Positions 1-10,494 of a stretch of DNA of 64,000 bases are shown here, in pieces. Made by a program: the position numbers and the translations under genes. Source of the stretch: Octopus vulgaris. Taxonomy: Eukaryota. The stretch spans positions 81,778,001 through 81,842,000 of the forward strand of contig OX597827.1 of assembly GCA_951406725.2 (NCBI GenBank), written 5' to 3'. Every line of letters begins with the position of its first letter. The stretch's first letter is position 1. The notes under the pieces were generated by a model. It was given only the letters and a program-made list of their open reading frames with translations, was not told the DNA's origin and made no database searches.

Positions 1-73
1 GTATACATTTATATATATGTATATATACATGAATATCTATCTTTTACCTATGTGTATATACATATATACATAT

Positions 74-118
<45 letters not shown>

Positions 119-165
119 TATACATATACAACTTTTATGTGCATATATATTTATATGCAAATATA

Positions 166-548
166 TGGTAAGAAGCTTGCTTCCTAACTACATGGTTCTG
201 TGTTCAGTCTCACTGCGTGGCACCTTGGGCAAGTGTTTTCTACAATAGCTTCACGCCTGCCAAAACCTTCTGAATGGGTTTGGTAAATGAAAACTGAAAG
301 AAACCCATCTTATATACATACATATATATATATATATATGTATGCATTTTGTGTCTGTGTTTGTGCCCCCTACCATCACTTGACAACCGATGTTGGTGTG
401 TTTACATTCCCAAAATTAGCAGTTCAGCAAAAGAGACTGATAGAATATGTACTAAGCTTGCTAAGAATAAATCTTGGGGTCAATTTATTTGACTAAAGAC
501 GGTGCTCCAGCATGGCTGCAGTCAGATGACTGAAACAAGTGAAAGAAT
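166..548 (+). mobile_element. tRNA-derived SINE, family A (diverged copy)
   Basis: Matches younger copies at 45005-45413 and 46128-46521: B-box-like GTTCAGTC, CORE-like GGCACCTTGGGCAAGTG, internal (TA)/(TG) tract, 3' tail GGTGCTCCAGCATGG..CAGTC..GACTGAAACAAGT. Confidence 0.85.
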
Positions 549-653
549 ACACACACACACACCCACCCACTTGCATTGCTCTTCTATTTCCAAATATATT
601 GAGATCATTCTTTATGAAGTCACTGACTGACAATACATGCTCACACCAGGTTG

Positions 654-761
654 CCAGCATGCATCTCTATATACATACAAGCAGACACATACACGCGACC
701 ACCTCCACCAGCATGCATCTCTATATACATACAAGCAGACACATACACGCCACCACCTCCA
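654..761. repeat. 54-bp tandem duplication
   Basis: CCAGCATGCATCTCTATATACATACAAGCAGACACATACACGC.ACCACCTCCA occurs twice, starting at 654 and 708. Confidence 0.9.
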
Positions 762-1237
762 CCACCTTCAGAGCCACATTGTCAGGTGGTGTATATAATT
801 AGTTGAGTGCAGGTGGCCCCTCTTCATTATATTGCCCCAGCAGGTAATTCTATGCCTGATATCATGTCTCATCAGGGAACATCATGAAATACCTACATTG
901 CCGTCACCACCACCACCACCACCACCACCACCACCACCGTGCTCTACCCCCACCCCCACCTCATCCAGTCCGATCTACTTAGAATGCATTTCTCTGCATA
1001 ACATGTGTCTTCTTTCCTCTGGTGTTTGATGATGATGGTGGTGGTGGTGGGGATGATGAGGGTGGCGATAGCAGATGTGGTGTTGTGGAGGTGGGAATGG
1101 AGATGGTGGAATGGTGGTGGTGGTGGTGGTGGTGGCAGTTGTTGTGTTAGTGGTGGAGAATCATGGTGACAAGCTATATATGGCAATTGTGGAGATGGTG
1201 ACGGTGAGCCGTGAAAGTACATTGTAGTGTGTAGTGA

Positions 1238-1400
1238 CATCCTCGTTTTACATCTGTTTTCCATGCTGGCATGGGTTGGGTGGATTGTCACTGTTCACTT
1301 CTATTCACTCAGATGTAGTGAGACATCCTCACCTCCCTTATACATCTCACTTGGACACAATTTCTATGGCAGGATGTCTTTCCTGCCACTGACCACTCTT
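1238..1400 (-). mobile_element. Degenerate 3' end of the RTE family
   Basis: Reverse complement of CCAACCCATGCCAGCATGGAAAACAGATGTAAAACGA, matching the RTE terminus at 13300-13345. Confidence 0.6.
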
Positions 1401-1711
1401 TCTGTTACTTATACCTGAAGCCTAACTTCCCTTCTAACCTTTTGCTACTTCTCTCCACTGCTTCCCTTTCTTCCCATCTTTTCTCTCTTAGCCATTACAG
1501 TGCCACTGCATCATCGTGTTTCCTTCCAACCAGACAGAACCTTGCACCATTCGCAGATCTGGTCTGTTGCCTACAGGAAGTTCTCATGATTATCTCCCCT
1601 ATGTTCTTCCCTCTTTACTGAAGCCATCTCCTTGGCCAGATGTTAGTAGTGACTACAGTAAGGGTCAGCCACATATAGACTCCCTGCTGTAAGCCCCAAA
1701 ACAATGTTTGA

Positions 1712-1929
1712 CCCTTTCACTGTTGACCCACTCAAGACTCCTTTTAAATCTATGATGAAAGCATTCCATTTTCAAGTGAAATTAAAGCCTTCCATGAAAG
1801 TGTGTTCTTCATTTATGGTCAAGATATCAACTTAATAATGGCAAGAATGTTTTTCTAACTTCTGCATTGTTTTCAAAATTAATTGAAATGAAGCCATTGT
1901 ATTTCAACAGAAACAGGGTCACAAAACGT
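1712..1929. mobile_element. Old piggyBac-like MITE related to 18662-18881
   Basis: Colinear similarity (GAAATTAAAGCCTTCCA...ATTTATG...AACTTAATAATG...TAATTGAAA) with degenerate CCCTTT and TTAA-like ends. Confidence 0.5.
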
Positions 1930-2016
1930 TTAAAGATAGATCACCCTCTGGGATGATATTATTGGGTGTGCGTGTGTCAGAGAGAAGAGAATGTGTTTAG
2001 GAGTGGGTTGTAGTGA

Positions 2017-2323
2017 AGGCGAGTGGCTTAGTGGTTAGGGTATTTTGGCTCACAGTTGTAAGGGAGGCAGTTTTCATTCCCAGTGGTCCTTGAGACATAC
2101 TTTATTTCACACTGCACCAGTCCACTCAGCTGACAAAACCTGAGTGATTCAAAGGGGCCAGCCTTGTCACATTCTGTGTCATGATGAATCTCATCAAGAA
2201 CTACGTTAAGGATACACATGTCTGTGGAGGACTCGGCCACTTACATGTTAATTTCATAAGCAGGCTGTTCTGTTGATTGGATCAAACGGAAAACTTGTCA
2301 TAGTAACCAATGGAGTACCAGTT
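2017..2323 (+). mobile_element. tRNA-derived SINE, family D
   Basis: A-box-like TGGCTTAGTGG. Body CCAGTCCACTCAGCTG...GGGCCAGCCTTGTCACATTCTGTGTCA is shared with 15922-16245 and 19325-19570. Confidence 0.8.
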
Positions 2324-2324
2324 A

Positions 2325-3549
2325 TCAGGTCATCAAGAATGAAATGTCCGATTATGCACCAAGTTTGACTAATGTTTTATCCTGAGAATTCTTTGTTTTA
2401 CAACATTGAAGAGTTACATCATGACTTTTTGAAATGCAATTCATTTTGTCTGATTATATTGTGAGTTTTCTCTTGTAAATAATTTTTTGTGAACCCATGG
2501 ATAGATCAGAAATTCATGTTGTATATGAACATGTGTCCTTTCATGGAACCAATGCATCCCAGACAGCTTGAAGCATCAATGTTTGGTGAAGATGTGGTGA
2601 ATGAAAGTACTGTAACTTTACTCTTAAAAATCAGTCCCATGAGAGACCTACCCCATGGTGGATAATGATGAGCTGGAAACCAGATGTAGTGGAACCAGAT
2701 ACATTTCAAACTAGGCGTGAGTTAGCAGCAAGGTTTGATGCTTTGATTCCAACTGTATTGGACTATCTGAAACAAATTGGCAAAGTAAAGAAGCTGGACA
2801 AGTGGGTGCCACACAATCTGAATGAGCATTAAATGACACGTCTTCAGACTTGCTGTTCTTTGCTGTCATGGCATAAAAGCAAACCATTTTCCCATCGTAT
2901 CATTGTGTGTGATGAAAAATGGATTCTTTCCAACAATAGCAAGCATTCTGCATGGTAGTTGGATAGAGATGAACCACTGTCTAAAAAAGAATATTCACCA
3001 AAAAAAGCTAATGGTACCTGTTTAGTGGTCCAGTGCTGGTGTCGTCAACTACAGCTGCATGAGACCTGGTAAGTCAATTACAGCATCATGAGATACATCA
3101 ACCAGTTGGATGAAATGATGAGTAAATGTACATTAAATAACCAAGATTGGTCAATAGAGACAGGTCGATTCTTTTGCAAGACTATTTCATGACCATATAT
3201 TGCACAGAGAACACTACTCCAGTTACAGGAACTGAACTTGGAAGTACTCTGTCATCCACCATATTCACCAAACCTTACACCAACTGACTCACATTTTCCA
3301 GGCATTAGACAACATTTTGCAAAAGGAAAAACTTCAAATCTGAAGAAAATGCCAAAACAGCCTTTCATGATTTCATCACCTTTTGCTCTCCAGAATTCTT
3401 TGCTGCTGGCATAAATAAGCTAACAATAAAATGGCAAGATTGTGTTGATGATTTAGGTGCATGCTTTGGTTAACTGTATTACTTTTTATTGAGATAAAAT
3501 TAAATAAACTTTCAGTTCAAAATCAAACATTTCATTTTTAATGACCTGA
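2325..3549 (+). mobile_element. Full-length but inactivated mariner transposon
   Basis: 29-bp TIRs TCAGGTCAT(C/T)AA(G/A)AATGAAATGT..GATT with TA on both sides. Transposase remnants GKVKKLDKWVPHNL, RIIVCDEKWIL, HPPYSPNLTPTD and GINKLTIKWQDCVD are broken by stops and frameshifts. Confidence 0.93.
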
Positions 3550-3761
3550 TAGTTGTTGTGGTTGTGTGTTTGTAAATTTCTTTACTGTTATAATAAGGCC
3601 CCGAGTTATGTTGTGTGTTTAGAGTATATGAAAGAGATAGCATTGTTAGATTAGTATTGTAGTGTTGTGGAGTGTTGTAAGTGTATTGGGACCGTGGAAG
3701 GAACATCGAGTTGTTGTAGTAGTGTGTGGTATTGTTGTGGGTATATATATATATCTGAGTG

Positions 3762-3940
3762 TTTGTCTGTCGTTACGTTCTGAGTTCAAATTCCGCTGAG
3801 GTCGACTTTGCCTTTCATCCTTTCAGGGTCAATAAATAAAGTACCAGTTTCACACTGGGGTTGGTATAATCGACTTAATCCCTTTGTCTGTCCTTGTTTG
3901 TCCCCTCTATGTTTAGCCCCTTGTGGGTAGTAAAGAAATA
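3762..3940 (+). mobile_element. SINE family B, 5'-truncated, with target-site duplication
   Basis: GAGTTCAAATTCC B-box and GTCGACTTTGCCTTTCATCCTTTC core. TATATATATCTGAGTG lies on both sides. Confidence 0.88.
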
Positions 3941-5058
3941 TATATATATATCTGAGTGAGAGAGAGAGAGATAGTGTTTCTGGATGGTGTTATAGTAGTG
4001 GTGTAGAGCAATGTAATATTGTGTCTGAAGTGTGTGGGAGAGCAAGTGTTGTTGTGGTACTGTTTCAGGAAGGTTGTAAGGTGTTGCAGTGTTGTGTGAT
4101 GTTGTAACAAGATCTGGTTTCAGTCAGAAGCAAAGGAACGGTTGGAAGGAAGTAACAAGGGAAAGGTTAGATTCTCATTGTTGCCACACCCAAAAGGGGA
4201 ATTTAGGAGAGTGAGTTAATGTGGTGTAAATTGGTTGGGTTAGGTTGCCAACAATAATTGGAGAGCTAACAAACAGTAAAACAGTTTTCCAAGACAATGA
4301 CAGAGCCTTGACCTGCAAGAAAGAATAGCCAACTTCTTTCGAAACATGGTGTGGTGTTTTAAAAATGAAAGATAGATTTGACAGTGTAGTCCTTGATAGG
4401 CAAAACAGCAGGGGTGTCACAGCTGGAGCAATTCAGATTCTAGATGTTGTCAATGAAGACAGAAGTAGGAGCTAAATACCCACCACCCACAGCTCCCCAC
4501 AGCAACAACATTATCATCAACCACCAAACAACAACCAAACAGTGCCAGAAAGAAAGAAAAGGTAAAAGGAATCATGAAAACTGAAACAAAGAGAAGATAA
4601 GGAAGAATGAAATGGTGAAGAGAGAGGGGGGGGAGAGAAGGTGGAATGAGGGAAACCAGGAAGATATTTAGGGTTGTTGTGGCTTGTTTAACAATTTATC
4701 AATTGTGATATATATTAAATCTACATTGCTAGATTGAGAAAGAGCCGGTATACAAGTGAGTGAAATTGATGGAACAGCTGCTGGGTGTTGAAGTAATTGT
4801 TGTTACTAAAATGTGTGTGAGAGAGCAAATGGAGGAGGTGTGGGGAGGGACTGTATTCACCTCACGTAACATGTCATCATCTCAAACATTGCATCTTCTC
4901 TTTCTTCTGAAATGGTGGTGGTGGGTGGAGGAGGGGACGAGGGTGGCGATGGTGACTGAGAAACGTGTGACTGTGTATGTGTGTGTGTGCTTGTGTGTAT
5001 ACACTAACAGTAAAGCTGTAATGTATACATTGTGGATATGCGAACATATATATGTCTG

Positions 5059-5113
<55 letters not shown>

Positions 5114-5346
5114 GTATATGCATTTATGTATTTATTTTATATACACACATACACACGCATGCACATATATATGTATATATATAAATATATATATATAAAC
5201 ACATATGTTTGTAAGTTTGTATGTATCTTTGTATGCATGTATTAATGTATAATACAACTACTTATGTATGTGTATATATATGTTTATATGTATTTATAAA
5301 CATTTATACAGATATATATATACACATATGTATCTGAGAGCACATA

Positions 5347-5378
<32 letters not shown>

Positions 5379-5700
5379 CATACACACACACACACACACA
5401 TACGTATATACTGTCAAAGTAGATATATTGATGTAAAAATGTGTTGTCCATTTGCTGTATTCTAGACACCAAGAGACAATGGTCAGTTATCAGTGCCTAC
5501 AATTTCATTGACCAGGGATAATTTCCAGTTAGACTGAACTCTAAGCCAATGCATGGAAAGGAATAAAATCCACAACATCACTCTTTAACACTATTGGCGC
5601 CGCTCTTTTGAAATATTTTCTTCATATTTTGGTATCCTGTGTAACTCTATTTTCATTGATACCAACTTTAAACTCTTACCTCCACGGCTAACCATTCTCA

Positions 5701-5733
<33 letters not shown>

Positions 5734-5750
5734 ATGTGTGTGTGTGTGTG

Positions 5751-5955
5751 TATTTGTGCTTGCAATTGTTCATCATCACTTGATAACCAGTGTTGGTTTG
5801 TTTACATCCAAATAACTTAGTGGTTTGGCAAAAGAGACCAATAGAATAAGTTCCAGGTTTAAAAATAAAGTTCTGGGGTTGATTCATTCAACTAAACCCC
5901 ACAAAATTGTTCCCTAGCCAGGCCATTGTCTAAGGACAAACAAGTAAAAGGTAAA
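5751..5955 (+). mobile_element. SINE family A, diverged 3' half
   Basis: ACTTGATAACCAGTGTTGGTTTGTTTACATCC..GGCAAAAGAGACCAATAGAATAAG. Confidence 0.75.
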
Positions 5956-6004
5956 TTCATGTATGTATGTATCTATCTGTCTGTCTGTCTGTCTGTCTAT
6001 CTAC

Positions 6005-6057
<53 letters not shown>

Positions 6058-6065
6058 TACACATA

Positions 6066-6673
6066 TGTGGATGAGGTAGACCCAGCAAGACCTGGGATGA
6101 GGTGGTTAAGCACGACCTTCGAACATTGGGCATCACCAAGGCAATGACAAGTGACCGAGACCTTTGGAGATATGCTGTGTTTCAGAAGACCCGGCAAGCC
6201 AAGTGTGACCATCACCTATGGCCTATGACAGTTGTGTATAACCAGCCCACTTATGAGTACCCTTCATTCATTGGACAATAAACTTTGCTTGCGAAGATCT
6301 GTTAAGGCAAGTGAAATCAAAATCACTGACGTGGCCGATGACAGTACTGCCTGATTGGCACTTGTGCCAGTGGAACGTTAAAAGCCCATCTGAGCGTGAT
6401 TGTTGCCAGGGCCACTGACTGGCTCCCGTACTGGTGGCAGGTAAAAAGCACCATTTGAGCGTGACCATTGCTGGCGTTGTCTTAGTAGCACATGTGCTGG
6501 TGGCATGTAAAAGCACCCACTACACTCTTGGAGTGGTTGGCATTAGGAAGGGCATCCAGCTGTAGAAACTTTGCTAGATTGGAGCCTGGTGCAGCCTTCT
6601 GGCTCGTCAGTCCTCAGTTAAACCATCCAACCCATGCCAGCATGGAAAGCAGATGTTAAACGACGATGATGAC
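6066..6673 (+). mobile_element. RTE LINE 3' fragment (ORF end, 3'UTR and GAT tail)
   Basis: Encodes [27 protein letters not shown], as at the end of ORF 10537-12750, followed by the same 3'UTR and CGACGATGATGA. Confidence 0.92.
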
Positions 6674-6707
6674 ACACAAACATATATATATATACACACA
6701 CACACAT

Positions 6708-6756
<49 letters not shown>

Positions 6757-7039
6757 CACACACACACACACATAAGAAATTTTGCTTAGAATATATTTGT
6801 GTCATATTTTAACTTCTATAAGCAAATACACTGCACTAACCACAGAGAAAATGTCTCTCTTCTGGTGAAAGATGTAAGAACACCAAATCTGCCCAGTGCT
6901 TCCTCCTATCAGATTCCCAGAAGCCTGTTTCTGGCAGTTTAACCTTCCGCAATGGGAAATACCAAAGAGAGATAACCCTTGGCAGATTCAAAGCCATGCT
7001 TTGTGTGCCTATATACATATGTATACATGCATAATATTT

Positions 7040-7283
7040 ATATGATGGTTGTCTACTCCTTATGCACAGAGCGACCACCCTTTGTACTTACATCTTAGAT
7101 CTATCGTGGCATCTGATGTGGCTTTTTAAACCAGACAATGTTTTGAAAAGACTCTCACATAGATTGCATGTCCAGTTTGGACAACCAAGAGCTGCTGTGA
7201 AGTTCTGATCTTTATGGATCTGAAAATGCCTTTTGAGCCCTCCGTCAGATTTGTAGACCTTATGACATACACGGCATTGATAG
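7040..7283 (-). mobile_element. Fragment encoding two C2H2 zinc fingers, probably the 3' end of an RTE-type LINE ORF
   Basis: YQCRVCHKVYKSDGGLKRHFQIH...WTCNLCESLFKTLSGLKSHIRCH then a stop. No TGEKP linker, abrupt start in a microsatellite and a short 3' tail. Confidence 0.6.
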
Positions 7284-7333
7284 GTGTGTATATATTTATA
7301 TGTGTGTGTGTGTGTATGTAATATATATATACA

Positions 7334-7369
<36 letters not shown>

Positions 7370-7372
7370 TAT

Positions 7373-7408
<36 letters not shown>

Positions 7409-7421
7409 GCGTACAGGTCTC

Positions 7422-7508
<87 letters not shown>

Positions 7509-7509
<1 letters not shown>

Positions 7510-7750
7510 TCAAAATAAGCAACAAGGATATCCAGAGGTAATGCAGTACAATTGTTTCATGCAACTACATTTAATTGAGCAATGTAACCATTACACCAAT
7601 TTAAATGCAGAGCAATCCTCATCTGCATAAAGACATAGAATTTAATTAAATTAAAACAGATGGACACATTAGTATAATTTTACCTAAAATCTCCAAGAAG
7701 TTAAGGAGATAGACAAAGAACATGCTACCTTCACTTCAACGCCGTTTAAC
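7509..7750 (-). mobile_element. Penelope pseudo-LTR-like fragment with a hammerhead relic
   Basis: Minus strand reads ATGCAG-ATGAG...GAAAC-AATT-GTA-CTGCAT. Its end recurs at 23654-23715. Confidence 0.5.
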
Positions 7751-7760
7751 ATATATATAT

Positions 7761-7960
7761 GGGTTGGCCAGATTGGAGCAATCTTGAGTATAACCAGCTG
7801 AAATTGCAAAGATAATTTGGAACTTGAATGAGGAAAGAAAACTCCGAATGACACATCCTTGTTTTCTTTGTAATGTCTATCTGGATGTTTTGTTGTCCCT
7901 TTCTCGTATCACCTAACTGTCCTGGATGTTTTGCGTTCTTGTCCCATTTTGTATTTTTTA
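7761..7960 (+). repeat. Interspersed repeat, also at 43100-43345 and 56400-56630
   Basis: Shared AGATTGGAGCAATCTTGAGTATAACCAGCTGAAATTGCAAAGATAAT.TGGAACT.GA.TGAGGAAAGAAAACTC. Confidence 0.8.
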
Positions 7961-7975
7961 TATATATATATGTTG

Positions 7976-8018
<43 letters not shown>

Positions 8019-8208
8019 GTTTCAATTAGTCTCTGAGTTATAGTTTAAATGCATATGGTTAAAGGAAACACACACACACACACACATGTATGTCTCCTTT
8101 CACCATGTGCATTTAAACTGTAGCTCATGATCTTATTGGAACTGTGACACACTAATAATACAGCACTAGACTACAGCACTATGTAATATTGTCACATACA
8201 TTATTACG

Positions 8209-8239
<31 letters not shown>

Positions 8240-8736
8240 AGTGAGAGAGCTGCAGTCTTTCAACAATATCTGATCAGAATCCTGCTAAATCATACAAATG
8301 ACGGAGTGTAACAACAGATGCCAATGTGCAAGTTCAGTGTTTTTGCAGCAGCACACCTTCCTGCCCCTTCCCACCCCTTTCACCACTCCAACAAAACGAA
8401 CAACACTTTCCTCTCAACTTCAATAACACCCATGTCATGAAATGCCAATTCCTTTGTTCCTTCTCCTATAATGTCTGCTTCAGCAAATGTCACGAATTCT
8501 CCTATTTCTTCGTTCCGTTTGATCCAAACCGTTACTGCCCACAGGCTGGATTGAACCAAGTCACATCATTTCCATACATTACTTGAAAGTAGTTTCAGAA
8601 ATAGAATTTCTTTGTGGCTCTTTGATATTTGCTGGTGATGAGTTGGTTCGGTTCCATGTGTAGATGCCATGGCAAGCGTTTAAAGAGTTGTGAAGCAATC
8701 AGCTTGACACACATGGAATATATGTCAATGCATGGA

Positions 8737-8779
<43 letters not shown>

Positions 8780-8848
8780 ATGTTTGTATGAATACTTATA
8801 TGTATGTGTCTGTGTCTATTCATATATATATACACACATACATACATA

Positions 8849-9063
8849 TTCTTTTGTTCTTTTACTTGCTTCAGTCATTTGACTGCAGCCATGCTGGAGC
8901 ACTGCCTTTAGTCGAGCAAATATACTCCATAGTACTTATTCTATCGGTCTCTTTTGCCGAACCAAGTTACAGGGACATAAACACACCAGCATTGGTTGTC
9001 AAGCGATGTTGGGGGGGACAAACACAGACACAAACATATAATACACACACCCACACCAACATA

Positions 9064-9105
<42 letters not shown>

Positions 9106-9150
9106 CCCAAAACCATGTGGCTGGTAAGCAAGCTACTTACCACACAGCCA
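8849..9150 (-). mobile_element. SINE family A, internally deleted
   Basis: Reverse complement of the family A head (TGGCTGTGTGGTAAGTAGCTTGC) and tail. Confidence 0.85.
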
Positions 9151-9789
9151 TAAATATATACATACACATTTATATATATATATGTATGTATGTGTGTAAG
9201 TATATGTTTATGTTTGAGTATGTGTGTATGAATGTGTATATATACATAAACACATACATACATGCATGTACACACACATCAAGAGAGAGTACATACAGTG
9301 CATACAAATCTTACCTGTAGAAACATACATAACAATACACACACACATGTATCTATAGGCCTGTAACTATAAACGTATGTATGCTTGTGTGTATGTATCT
9401 GTTTGCATTTGTGGTTGCATGTTTCTATATATGCATACATGTGTACATATATACATATACACATGAATGGCATTGCCAATGTAGACCTTATGAAATGCTA
9501 AACTTCATCAATGTATTACATACTTTGCCAATACCTTTGACATCTTGTAGATGTATTCTCTTGATTAGGCATGTTCTTTCTGGGTCTGTGAATCCCCAGC
9601 TTTTCAAGATTGGTACTAAAGCAGTTGGCTGAGTGCTCCAGTAAGCATTGGTAGACATCAAAAATTATTGACTGGATGGAGTAGCTGCAAATTTCTCATC
9701 ACTTCATCATGTTTGCTTCTTTAATCATCTTTAATACGTCTCTATGTGTGGCATGTTGGTCAAGTGTATCCTACTGTAATTTTGGACCA

Positions 9790-9928
9790 GCTTTGTGAGT
9801 GGATTTGGTAAACAGAAACTGAAAGAAGCCTGTTGTGTATATCTATATATCCTGGATTGATTCATTCAACTTAAAGTGGTGCCCTAGCATGGCTGTGGTC
9901 TAATGAGACTGAAATAAGTAAAAACAAA
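9790..9928 (+). mobile_element. SINE family A, internally deleted, inserted in the R4-like element
   Basis: TTGTGAGTGGATTTGGTAAACAGAAACTGAAAGAAGCC joined to the family A tail. Confidence 0.75.
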
Positions 9929-10494
9929 AAAATATATTTGCTGGGCAACTGATTTGAACAGTCGTGTCTAGTTCCTTTTCTTCATCCCAGATCATTATGT
10001 CTGGCCTGTTATACTTGCAGTTTATGAAAATCTTCACAGGGACATTCCACCAACATTCTTTCATGTCATGAATGATTGTTCCCTCCACATTGCTGTAGTT
10101 TCTTGCATTCATCTCCTCAGCATTATCCTTTCTACAGATTTCATTATATACTGTTTTAGCTGTAACATCATGTTTCACAGGTAGGGAATAACGACATTTT
10201 CAAGCATCTTTTTTATAATGTGGGTAGCATCCTCAAAATTAATTCTACAAAGTATACACTGGTTGTCATATAGTTTCTTTGAATCCCCACCCCTTTTGAG
10301 CATCAGGTATTTTGAGGTCATTTTCTGCTTCCATATTACAAAAATTTATACTTTAAAGTAAGAACTAATGTCTTGGTTGTTAGCCTAGGACAGATTCTTC
10401 TGGTTGCCATTGTTGCTGTCACTTTGAAGCATTCTGGGAATATAGCCATGCCTGACCTTCTACCAGTCTGTGTTCAGCTTCTCTTCTGATGATT

